A stretch of 64,000 bases of DNA from Callorhinchus milii (lineage: Eukaryota), in NCBI RefSeq assembly GCF_018977255.1, contig NW_024704761.1:6512001-6576000 (forward strand), in the 5' to 3' direction. Under the pieces are notes generated by a model. It had not been told where the DNA came from and searched no databases. It was given only the letters and a program-made list of their open reading frames with translations. Positions 23,441-34,751 of the stretch are shown piece after piece (positions within the stretch are counted from its first letter, which is position 1; each line of letters starts with the position of its first letter). The translations under genes were made by a program, and so were the position numbers.

Positions 23441-24619
23441 GTTTACCTTCATTCCTGATAAGATGTCCATTCACAAGGTGAAATGTGCTCTACAAGTCAT
23501 AGATAACAACTTTACAAATATCTTTCAAAGCTTGCTCAGGTAGATTTTATTTTAATAAGAACATTCAATCATTTTGCCCAAAGTCCTCCTTCGTTTTCAT
23601 CTAACACTGTTCTACAAATTGGTGAGAGCTACAAGGGGAACCATCCTCCGGGTAGAATTAATTGGACTAGCAAGCAGGTCACAGGCACCTGGATCTCAGC
23701 TTGAAAACAAAACGGATGGTTTCCTTATTTTGTCTTGATTTGAGCGGGTTAAACTAATCATTCACCTACAGACAGTCACTACACTTTAGTTTAAACACTC
23801 TGAGACGCTATGGAGGGCTCTATATAAGTGCAAGTTGCTTTTGTTATTGTAATCCAGTGAAGCACTTTGAGACATTGACGACATGATGAAGTCTTATGTA
23901 AGCATGATTAATGCCCCACTTGGTTGAATCCATCAGTCTACAATCACCAAATGTCACTCCCTGACCAGGCAAAGAGAACCCGCCTTTGTGAGGCAAGTCA
24001 AAAACCGCATTAGTTATTGTTTCTCTCTCCCCAACTCGGAGTGTTCCACAAAGACGGAAGTTAAACACTAATGAGGCTTGTTTATGCTACATCAAGTTCA
24101 ATTGAGATCAAACAAGGTACGAACTGAATATTTGCTTCCACGCGCAAGGCAATGGAAGAGGGAGTTCATTTACATCTAGATGTTTTATTTCCCTAATGTA
24201 AATCTAGCTTTTGTAACCTCCTGACCTCCAGTCATGTCTTCTTGCCAATATTGCAATTCTGCAATAAAAAGCAACTGGTTCTGGGTTGTGATTAAACCAA
24301 CGCTTGGGCGGGCATTGATTCACAATGGTTTTTTTTAAATCTGTAAGCAGGTCAGGGACTTGAGTGTTTCACACAGCCTCGTAGTTAGCCCGACAGAACA
24401 ATTAAAGAAAAGCTTTTCAAAATGCCAGTGGGGGAGGAAACTGATGTGCAATGTAATAATTGTCACCCAATGATATAATTTTTGCATAGGGATTACTTCC
24501 CCCGCCCCTAACCCAGTCAAGATCCTTGTTTAATGGAATGTTTCTGTTCAAAACATTACTCATCATCATCATCATAATAATAATCCTTGTATTTGAGATC
24601 ATTCCTAGCATTCCCAAGT

Positions 24620-24745
24620 CTAAAAGAAAAGGGATTTCCACAAGCAGTTATACTGGGAGTGGATTGGAAATCCAAAGTGTCTTGGCACAGACACAATAGG
24701 CCAAATGCCCCCTTCTGTGCTGAAGATTTCTATTTTTCTATGATC
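24620..24745 (+). mobile_element. CR1-type LINE 3' end
   Basis: ggcacagacacaataggccaaatgcccccttctgtgctgaagatttctat...ctatgat. Confidence 0.7.
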
Positions 24746-25050
24746 TTTTCTCTCCACACAATAAACCTCGACACCCACCCGTGGATATTTTTACTTATTT
24801 AAATGTATGTCAATTACCAGAAGACAAGAATTCAATTTCCGCAGCTCAGTGCACTGCCATTATTACAATGTTTCTTACGACGCAGAGAACAATTCCTCCT
24901 AATTGGGTTGGTTACCTCTGAAACTTAAATGCAGTTAAGTAAGTTCCCACCATTGGGTATCTCCTCTATTGAATGCAGCTATTCAGTGCTCTACCTCCGT
25001 GACAAGCAAACCGCTGGTTTCTGTCAGGTTGTTAAAAGAAATGGATTTGT

Positions 25051-25426
25051 GGAGTCCTTTAGCTCAGTGGTTAGAGCACTCGCCTCACAAGCGAGAGGAC
25101 CTGCGTTCGATTCCCGGACAGGGCAAAACGTTGGGCAAGTTTCCTTACTCCACACGCCTCTGTTTACCTAACAGTAAGTTGGACCCTGGTGGTTAGTCGA
25201 TTGGCGAATCGCTTTTCTGGGGGTAATAAACCCTTCAAAAATAATAATAATAATTTGGTCACTCGATCCATGACTGTTTGTGGGACACTGCTGTGCGCAA
25301 TTGACTACCGTGTTTTTTCCACAAAAAATATACAATCAATTCACTTTACAGTATATTCTGTGAAGCTTTGAGACTTCTCGAAGACGTGATAAGGCACTAT
25401 ATCAAATGCAAGGATTATTATTATTA
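25051..25426 (+). mobile_element. tRNA-headed SINE, long subfamily, full length
   Basis: GGAGTCCTTTAGCTCAGTGGTTAGAGC...GTTCGATTCCCGG...AAATGCAAGG(ATT)n. Confidence 0.93.
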
Positions 25427-25514
25427 AACTCAGTAGAATTTAAACACATCTCTTTCAGACTCCCTAATACCTAATCAATGTGAAGAACTGAACTTTATAG
25501 ACTGGAAGGATTTT

Positions 25515-25620
25515 AGGTCTGTTCTGAGTTAGCAGATCTCAGCTGAGCAATAATTAGGAGAATGTTAAATTGGCCTCAATGTCCTAGGTTAGAGGGAGGG
25601 GGGGGCGGGTGTGGGGGAAA
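25515..25620 (+). mobile_element. LF-SINE-like fragment
   Basis: ggtctgttctgagttagcagatctcagctg...aattggcctcaatgtcctaggttagagggaggg resembles the LF-SINE segment GGTCTGTGCTGAGTTAGCTGATCTCAGC...AATTGGCCTCAG...GGGCTAGGGAGGG, recalled from memory. Confidence 0.65.
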
Positions 25621-26091
25621 GGTGTTATCCGTAATATCTAATAATAATTCTTGCATTTGGTGTAAGGCTTCTCACATCAGAGTATCATCTTAGATTATGT
25701 GCGTTCAAGTCCTCACATGGGGCTTAAACCTGCAATCTTTCTCCGACTCAGAGGCACTGTCTGAGCCAAACTGACATACAAAATATGGGATGTCTACAGC
25801 ACACAAAATAGCCAAGAAATTGTAATATTAGCAAGAGCTCCTCCTGTGATGATTGCAAATGTTCTAAATTTTGCCGTTGCGTATTTCGTAAAATAGATTA
25901 AGAAAAAGCTAGGATCAGAACATCAGCAAGTACAATGTGCAAAGTAATTCTTTCTCCAGTCTCTTAAAATAAATAAGAGGGAACCGATGCATCTGTTATA
26001 ATAATAATAATGTCAACTGTTTCAGGCGCTACAATGGTAGCCTCCTCCTCGCTGGTTGGTTGTACTTTTGCTGTAAGATGGGCTCTCTTAC

Positions 26092-26143
26092 TTCCTCGCA
26101 ATGGTTCTCCATGACAGTGACGCACACAGTTGCATAAGCCTCC
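26092..26143 (-). CDS. Candidate short exon (unverified)
   Basis: Acceptor ttttggaccttgtatctctgtAG and donor GAA|GTAAGA; open in all three frames (for example EAYATVCVTVMENHCEE or GGLCNCVRHCHGEPLRG). Confidence 0.22.
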
Positions 26144-26804
26144 CTACAGAGATACAAGGTCCAAAAGTTCTTCAGCTGCTTAACCTCAATTCATCTTTAC
26201 AATTATCAACAGAATCTCTGGAGATGACAAAACACCAACTCGATCAGAGAATATTAACTTTTTTTTAATAATGATAACACTAGATTTTTAAATGGTTCAA
26301 ACATTAGATGCTTTTTTCTAAACTGAATTAAAATGGTTAGAAAATTGTAGCGAGATGCCATTATGAGTAATATTTCATAGCTCTTGTGGCTGTTCCCCCT
26401 GAGAACCATTATGGTAATTTGTCTCCAATAACCAGTAAATTGTCTAACTAGTCAGCAGATATAATAGAGAGAAGGGCTGAAATTTGCATTTTAATACATC
26501 TGTCTGATCTGTTTTAGAGCCTGCGAGCTGGCTGGGACAAGCCTTTAGCTCTCCACATATTGTTAAGTGGCACAAATTCTGATTCGTTTTATTATATTAA
26601 CCCTTACACGGAAGTTGTGGTTGAATTACAATTTCTTATTGGATTTTACATTGTCCTCAAATGCTGATGGACAAGATAAGTGAAAATATATACCTTATAT
26701 TCGAGGGAAAGGTTCAAATTATAAAACTATATTCTGCGTCTTGCCAGGAATGATTCTTTAAGGCCAACAGAAATCTTCCACTTAAGTTGGGTTTCACGAA
26801 AAAT

Positions 26805-26925
26805 TTCCCTTTCGCCCCCAAAACACAGAGTCAATTCACTTTACAGTATATTCTGTGAGGTGCTTTGAAATGGCTCAATGATGTGATAAGGTGCAATATC
26901 AAATGCAAAGGTAATTATTATTATT
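26805..26925 (+). mobile_element. SINE tail fragment
   Basis: tttcgcccc...gtcaattcactttacagtatattctgtga...atatcaaatgcaa. Confidence 0.8.
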
Positions 26926-26941
26926 TAGGATGATTCACCAG

Positions 26942-27149
26942 GAGACTCCAAATTCCACCCAGTCTTAGACCGTGAAATCATTTTGTTCCAAAATTTACGT
27001 ACTCGCAAACGTGGAAAATTCTTAAATTCAGTCTCAATTTTGAACCACTTTTCAGAAGTTCTTCAAAAGGAGTGGCTTCCAATTTCGACTGAAGTGAAAT
27101 GATTTACATTGTTATTGTGGGCTAAGACTAGGCTGAAGCTTTGAGCCTC
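26942..27149. mobile_element. MITE-like non-autonomous DNA element, copy 1
   Basis: Imperfect ~30-bp terminal inverted repeats gagactccaaattccacccagtcttagacc and gggctaagactaggctgaagctttgagcctc; related copy at 31285-31526. Confidence 0.6.
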
Positions 27150-27859
27150 AAGACAAGCTTTGTGGGTAACTATAATCGTATTTTTGATCAAGTGGGTAAC
27201 TACCTTGCAAATTAGCATGACAGAGAGTGACTGGGCATTGCATGTTGTGCAACGTCAATTTATCATGGGAATTTATTGACTCTGTATGACAAATGTGACA
27301 CTGAGCACATTGAACATGCAGGAGAATACAATTTAGGTTTGGAGATTCGCTCTTCACAGCACTGTTTGTCTTGCGTTCGGCTCTTCAAGGAACGTCACAG
27401 GTTGACAGTAGTTTTTTTTGAATAACAAGACGGTATTGCAAAACTGACAAGTAATTTTATAACTGGTGTGATCTTTGCCCTCTGATGTTGCAGTGGAAAA
27501 GAATGAGTGATGTAATGACTTCTCTGAGCTAACCTTGCAAAGTTTGCAATGCAGCTTCCGTGTTTGATAGAAATACAAATGCAAGTGACAAAATTGACCT
27601 TGGCTTCCAAAATGAATCCAGTGTGTATTAATACACTTCTATCACTCTCAATCCAATATTTTAGGGCTATTATTAAAAAAAGTCAATATCACATTATACA
27701 TGTGAAATATTTGGAAGTCATAGAGACCTCAATCACCTTGAATTATTCGCAATTCAGTACACGCCAAAGGTTTGCAAAGTATATTCCTGATGGCCTTAAT
27801 CTTTGTATTTCTTCAGTCTGCAAATATAGATTGTTTTCCCCCCAATCATGTGCCCTAAA

Positions 27860-28245
27860 GGGCAGAATGCAGAGGAGATTAACAAGGTTGATTAACAAGT
27901 CAATGTGTAAGAGGATGAGAAGTGGTTGATAAATTGGGACCCCTTCAACCTCAAAAAGAAATCTTCAAATGGGATCCTAGAGTGGGATACAAGATGCTTA
28001 ATGGTATATTCAAAACTAAATTTGAGATATCTCAAGTTGGCAGACAAGGACACAATCTTAGTGTTGTGAAGGGCAAATGTAATAATAATAATCCTTGCAT
28101 TTGATATAGCGCCTCATCAAAGCGCTTCACGGAATATACTGTGAAGTGAATTGACTGTATATTTTGTGGGCAAAATGTGCAAAGAATTTAAGACAAGCAA
28201 CAGAAAGTATGTCTTCATACAAAAGGGTATCCAGCAGCTGGAATG
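27860..28245 (+). mobile_element. Degenerate CR1 ORF2 3' fragment interrupted by a minus-strand SINE tail (~28080-28175)
   Basis: RMQRRLTRL...KLG.F.L...YKML.G...GHNL...KGK-like translation; resumes after the SINE with tcttcatacaaaagggtatc...tggaa. Confidence 0.6.
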
Positions 28246-28654
28246 GGTCACGGGGATGGGAGTGGGGGGTACGGGGAGGGGCGAAGCCAGGATATTGGAC
28301 TCCTTCATAAACAACTGAAATGGGAGGGTAACATGGATGGCATTCCAGAGAGACTGGACATCAAATTGCTCTTCAAAACTATCCTATCATTTACACAACT
28401 GATTTATTGTACATTCTCAATGTAGCTAGAATAACACTACTTACAACTGAATTTAAGTCATAGAATTACAGCAATGGGGGAGGCCATCAAGCCTAACCTT
28501 GCAGTCAAACCAGCCCAGAGCAAACAGCACAGGATAAATGCTCTGACTCTGCCCTGTTGAGGCTATTGCAACCATTGAAAAGCGAGCTGGGAATGTCATT
28601 TACCATGGCTTTGAGTAAAAGAGCTCAACAGCAAACACAACAAATTACATTTAT

Positions 28655-28715
28655 GTACAACAAATTACATTTGTATGGTGCCTTTCACAAAAGGAGGACA
28701 TCCCAAAGCGCTGGG
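28655..28715 (-). mobile_element. Short L2 tail fragment
   Basis: acaacaaattacatttgtatggtgcctttcac...ggaggacatcccaaagcgctgg. Confidence 0.75.
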
Positions 28716-29955
28716 TTATTGCAGGTGTTTAGAGAAATAGAAAATGCAGAATGATTTAAATTTCATTCATTCCTTTTTTAAAAAAATGCAGCTTCTGTAC
28801 AAATCTCCCTCCCCCCAGCACTTCACAAACCACATCACAAATTAGTTTAGAACCATAGATCTTTGCAGCACAAAAGCCAGCCATTTGGTCCACTGTATCA
28901 GCGTTGGCTCTTTGAAAGTTTCTCTCAGTTTAAATCCTACAATATTAAAACCTGTTGGCTGGTAATTTGTTCCACTAGATTTTTTTTAAACTTTGCAAAT
29001 TGTGACAACGACCTTCAACCATTCAAATAAGGGTCATATCCAATTTAATTTTTCAATTTAATTTGTGTCCAGGTTTGTGCAATGAATTCCCTCGGTGGCA
29101 ACATTTAGTATGCAGTGAGTTCTCCACCAATATTGAAATCAGAAAAATTGATTTAGCTCCACATGGAATACTTCACTTCTCCCATCCCTCAACTTTTTTT
29201 CCCCCAAAAAATGTGTGAATACTGTCTGAGTAATTCAGTTGAATAACCGACAACCACTGAGCTTTTTCCCTAGCTCGCACCGATTGTCTACCCCCTAATT
29301 ATAAGTGTGAACATCTGATCCATCTGGATTTAATTCCTAATAATATCCAGATTGTCTGACCTCTGCCCAATGGTAAACCATATGCAGACAATGACACACT
29401 TTTGTCGACAAAGGTAGATTTCACCAGTTATCAGCTGTTCGAAGAATTCTTATTGCAAATTTTTTTTTAAAAAAGCTACTTTTCCATCCCATCCCAAAAC
29501 AGATTAGGGTGTGGGGGAGAAGAGGGGTGAATATTCCCATTTTTAAAAAAAATATTTATCTTGAATGCGAAATAAAATAAAATATTAATTTTGAATTTAA
29601 TATTTGGCCATCTGTTACCCACAGGCTGCAGCAGTGTGTCTATGTGAAATGCAAACATCATCAGTCATATGGGAGTTAATTCTATAACCTCACAAGGGCT
29701 CCAGTGATTGTTTGCCAAAGGCGCTGAGTGTAACTCTGAACGGAGTTTTTACCCACATTTGTCCTAAAATTTACGACTGTGCAGAATTAGCAGAATGTGT
29801 GACTGGGGGGGTGGGCGGGGGGGAGTGAGGGGGTAAAAATACTGCCCTCAACTGTTCCCAACCAGTAATCTTCCCCCTACCTAACTCACCGGCCTGTACA
29901 GAGGCTGACAAAAAGGTAAAAAAAAACTAAAAATAAACATCATGATGCATCGTAC

Positions 29956-30005
29956 CTCTTCAATATGTTGTAAACAGGGTAGGCAATGATGTGATATTAC
30001 TTGTT
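29956..30005 (-). CDS. Candidate short exon (unverified)
   Basis: Acceptor aatatcttgccttAG and donor GAG|GTACGA; single open frame QVISHHCLPCLQHIEE. Confidence 0.15.
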
Positions 30006-30809
30006 CTAAGGCAAGATATTAAAGTATAGGTAAGTATAGTAAGTGTAAATCAGTCAATCCTCAACATTGTTGTCAGGTCATTTCCTATAAATGCTGAGTT
30101 TGCAAACATCAGAGCCTGGGTTCTGTGTGGAACCCTCGCAGACAGCCGAAAAATTAATAAATTAACGTCAATAGCTCGGTGGGAAATGGCAAAGAAAAAA
30201 CACAGTAATCGGTAGTGCACATTAATTGTGGCAAAGTTTGATGTAAAGGTATATCAGCCCACAAATACATTTTCTATTTATTAAATGTCCTCGTTTTGAG
30301 AAGTTATTAAGGAAACTAAGTTGGACTAGGGAGAGCGAGCACCATGTAAAAACTCCACTGAAATTCCATCAACCTCAAGCTATGAGGCTACATTTCTGCT
30401 GCAGTCGACATTATACGTGGTGCAGTACAGACTCCAGTAATGGAACGCTTTGCTTATTCCATTAAATTTTATATATTTTTAAAAAAAACACAGCAACAGA
30501 CACAGTTACATCCCTGACTATGTTATTTACGAACCTCATAAAAGTGTCGTGTTCGTCTTGCGACTGTGAGACTGTGTGTAAAATGTAAATTGGTTCTGGT
30601 GTCTGATTTATTTTGTAAAAATTGCTTCTCCATCACAAAAAAAACCCCAATTTGCTTAGCTTTATTAATCAAGACGTTGATGTTGTTGAATAAGAACTCG
30701 GATGTTTAAAATTGTGGATTGCTTCTGCGGTGAGGTGCTGGGACGTGATGGGTGGGAGGGTGGGTGCAGAGGGAGGAAAAGAAATTTAACTCCTCATTTG
30801 CCACCAAGT

Positions 30810-30912
30810 TTGGGGGATCGCTTTTCCGGGGGTAATAATTCCTTCCCAAAAAAATTAATAATAATAAATTAGTCACTTCAATCCATGACTGTTGGTGGGA
30901 CACTGCTGTGCA
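30810..30912 (+). mobile_element. SINE internal fragment
   Basis: ggatcgcttttccggggg...gtcacttcaatccatgactgttggtgggacactgctgtgc. Confidence 0.8.
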
Positions 30913-31284
30913 CTGCCCTGAGGGAGGAATTGGAACATTATCACAACAGCCTTGTTATACATGGTCTCCTCGGCTCCAGAGAACTGAGGAGCTGAGCATG
31001 AAAAAGAAAGAATTATACTCACAATTTAAAAAATATAAAATAAGACTGTTTTTTTCCTAGTAAAATATTAACCTTGAGATTTTTGTCCCATTTTGCTTTA
31101 TTTGCCTCCAATGGATTTAGGTTTGATCTCTGGGGTTATAATAATTGCCAAATGGTCCGTTGTAACTTTTTGTACTGCGTTCCAATGAACTTCTTCCCAC
31201 GTTTCTCAGCCAGCGATTAGATTAGCAATGCTGGAAGTACTGTAGATAGTAACGGTTCTCGTGAAAAGAAATGGCAGAAAGCAA

Positions 31285-31526
31285 AAAGCCTCAAATTTCT
31301 CCTGGTCTTTGACTGTTTGAGATTTTATTATCCAAGATTTTGCTGTCATATACAAGATCGCGCAGATTAGTGGAAAACACTTCAATTCAATCTCAGTTTT
31401 AATTTTGGAATCTTTTTTCTTAACAATTGCACAGAAACATCCCCCAAAACCAATTCGGTCCAATGTTAAAAATGAAGACAAAGTGGTCTTACAAAGTGGC
31501 TAAGACTAAGTGGAATTTCAGGCCTC
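31285..31526. mobile_element. MITE-like non-autonomous DNA element, copy 2
   Basis: Ends aagcctcaaatttctcctggtctttgac and ggctaagactaagtggaatttcaggcctc; the internal gtggaaaacacttcaattcaatctcagtttt matches gtggaaaattcttaaattcagtctcaatttt of copy 1. Confidence 0.6.
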
Positions 31527-31781
31527 CAAAGTGCTTAAATCATAATATTCAAGAGCAACAACTTGCATTTATATAGCGTCCTTCACACAGGACGTTTGGA
31601 TGCTGAGCAAGGGAGAAGTGGGAGGGTAAGGTTGTCATTGGCACCATTGAAGATGATCAAGTGGGATTTAAAGATAGGAGCTTTTTTTTAAAATATGAAA
31701 CCTTAAGTTAATTGGGCACTGGAGCCTCGGATAATAAATGCATTTCAAATACATAACTATGCTAAAGGAGTATTATATTTT

Positions 31782-31886
31782 TAATAATCCTTGCATTTGA
31801 TGTAGTGCCTTATCGCACCTTTAAGACGTCTCAAAAAGCTTCACAGAAAATACTGTAAACTGAATTGACTGTATATTTTGTGGGCA
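31782..31886 (-). mobile_element. SINE tail fragment
   Basis: aataatccttgcatttgatgtagtgcc...gaattgactgtatattttgtgggc. Confidence 0.8.
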
Positions 31887-33249
31887 AATTTTTGACAGGA
31901 CATTAAAATTGTAGCCTGAACTGAATAACCTGCGAGGAAACAGATCGTAAACTATTTTCAATTTAAGGCAACTGAGTTTCAAAGCTCACTGGTGTTCAGT
32001 GGAGATGGGTTTACAAAACAAAACCATCATTGAGCTGAACTGAAGCTGCCTCAGATCAAAAAGCATGAGCCATCGAGATTGATCGATTTGAATAAGACTG
32101 TATAAAGAACTATTCCTGTACAGAGTATCTTGCAAATGCACCAAGCCACACATGATTTACAGGCTGCTTTCACAATCGGCCGTGTATGATATGCAGCCTG
32201 GGTTACCCGTATAGTATATACTGAATGGGAATAACTTCTGAAATGCTTCAAATATCGCCGTTGTCAAACATAAAACTTGAGCAACGTTGCATACAACATC
32301 CAGAGGCAGAAAGAAACAGCTGGGGTGAATACGATTGGGGTTGGTTTCTCACAGAATTTCAATTTCGAGACTTGGCAACACTGCAGATGGCAAATGCATA
32401 CATGATCAAATCTATACTTCACATAGGCATTGGCTGAGTAGGTCAGCGGATTCACCAAATTACATTAATTTTCCAAACTCCACGATATTACTCTTCCCAT
32501 AGCTGGCAGTCATGAAATATAACTCGGCAGACTGTTTTCATGTTTCACACTTCATCTGGGTGAGATGTCTCCTGATCAGTGGTTTACAACCCACAGAATT
32601 TCATCTGAGCTCTACTCTATGCATCTTCATTCCTCACAGAAATGACATAAAAGAGACAGTTTGACAGATTCTTTTACACGCTCCATATCTCAATTGCTCT
32701 GGGGGTTATTGGTCAATTCCAAAGAGTGCTTTACTTTCACTCACAATAATTTTCAGGTTACACAAATCAATATTCCCTACCTTTAAAAAAAAAGCGAAAA
32801 CGCAGGTTCCAACCATTTAGATTTAATCCACAGCCCACTCCTCATATTTAGTTCCTATTAAGAGCATCAATGAACTGTTTACGGATGACTATTAGAAGCC
32901 CTTTGTTACTGATCGATGTTGCGTTGCTTGCAGATTATATAGATTTCTATTAAAAACTGATTTAAAGAGGAGGGATTTTCTGTGTGTTAATAGCCACAGT
33001 CAATTGCCTAGAAACAAAAGAAAAGGATTTAAACTCCAGCGTTCTCAGACGTATGTGCATTACAGACATCATTAAATGCTGAGATATCATGATATGATGA
33101 ACGAAGCTGCGAGGATTCCTGCAATGCAGTTAATTGTTGTTATCGAGTAAGTGGCAAATATTCTGAAAGCAGTTTCAGGGAGCAGCTAAAGTGATGAAAT
33201 CAGTATTAGGAACTTACCAATAGAATTCTATATTTATAATAATTACTAT

Positions 33250-33620
33250 GATACTTGCAGCTGATGTGGCACTTCATCACATTGAAATGGCTCAAAGCAC
33301 TTCACCTACACCGAGCTTTCATTTTGAATGTTTTTGCAACAGGGGAAATGCAATAGCTTTTGAGCACCAACAACATCCTACAATTAGCAGTGAAATAAAC
33401 AACCTATTGATTTTTTTTTATTGGTGAATTTGGTTGAGGGATGGGATATTTGGCCACGACCCCAGAAGTATCCCTTATTCTTTTTCAAAATAGTGCTTTG
33501 GCATCTACGACATCTCACTAAAAACCCACCCACCGCAAACAAGACCTCAACTTGACACCTTATCGAAAGGTTACACCTGCAACCATGCAGTGCTCCACTC
33601 AAGTGTGGAGTGACTGGACT
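33250..33620 (-). mobile_element. DeuSINE-like element, diverged
   Basis: Tail-like cttgca...ctcaaagcacttcac followed by gttgagggatgggatatttggcca...aaatagtgc...tcgaaagg...ctgcaaccatgcagtgctcc. Confidence 0.65.
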
Positions 33621-34491
33621 GTGATTCCCTCTGTGGAGCTCAATAGGAGCACAAGCCAAATGATCAGCCTCAGTAACAAGGTTAAAACTAAATCGAAGTA
33701 TTCTAGAACAATACTTACAAGCACTTGTAGCTTTCCAGTCATCTCCTCCTCCCCCTTCGGTCAAGGCCTTACTCTCAGCTCTGTGAGGATTTTCCCTTTA
33801 ATTGACCTTCTTGTTGATTGATTATTAAATGCAAGGGTTATTATTGGGCCTCATTCAGTTCTCAGTCTCATTGATCATCATCTACGACACTACAGCACCT
33901 GCCTCTGTATCCGACTGCTTACCTTTCATTTTTCATAACACACAGACACATTCACAATCACAAGAAAACAAGCATACTTACAAATCAATAAAATCATATA
34001 GGCAGGAAAATGATCTTAAAGATAATAGTCCTTGCACTTGATATAGTACCTTATTAAGAAGGAAAGAGAGAATGAGTCAAACAAACAAACATATCCTCCC
34101 ACCCTAATCCTGCTAGAAAATCTCTATTGAGCCATCTCAAAGTTTGACGTTTTTCCACTGACCATAATCTAGGCAGCAAATAGGACTTAATATTATTTAT
34201 TCAATTGGTTGGTGCGAATTGTATATTGCATTGCATCTCCAGAAGGCTGGTGTAATTTAATTCTTGTAAAGTGCTGTATTTGCCAGTTATGAAAGGGAGC
34301 TAGAGGAGGAGCTGATTGCATTTGCTGTAAAGAAATTTATTTTCTGACATTCAGTGAATTTATATATTTTTGTCTATTCAATTATTTGAAATGAAAAGTA
34401 TTACTCTACAGAAAGTAAATTGTACTTCATGGAAAAATGATTTCTCTTTGATTCATTTACTTCTGGTAGGAGGAGAGGGGGGTGGGGGTAA

Positions 34492-34665
34492 ATGGGATAT
34501 TTGGCCATGACCCCAGAAGAATCCCTTATTCTTTTTCAAAATAGTGCTTTTGGATCTTCAACCTGTCACGTAAAAACACTAGAAACAGGACCTAATTTTG
34601 ACACTTTATCGAAAGGTAGCGCCTCTAACCATGCAGGACTCAACTCAAGTGTCAGGCTGGATTAG
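34492..34665 (-). mobile_element. DeuSINE-like fragment, closely similar to 33441-33620
   Basis: gggatatttggccatgaccccagaagaatcccttattctttttcaaaatagtgc...aagtgtcaggctggat. Confidence 0.65.
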
Positions 34666-34685
34666 TTGCAGATAGCAATGTCCCA

Positions 34686-34751
34686 CAACAACAACAAATT
34701 ACATTTGTACAGCACCTTTTACGTCAGAAGGACATCCCAAGGCGCTGGACA
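34686..34751 (-). mobile_element. Short L2 tail fragment
   Basis: acaacaacaacaaattacatttgtacagcacc...ggacatcccaaggcgctggaca. Confidence 0.8.

Noticed and set aside
22770..23474. 234-aa ORF as a functional gene
   Set aside because: It is a decayed L2 ORF2 C-terminus. The L2 homology shifts frame in the middle, and that frame contains stops.
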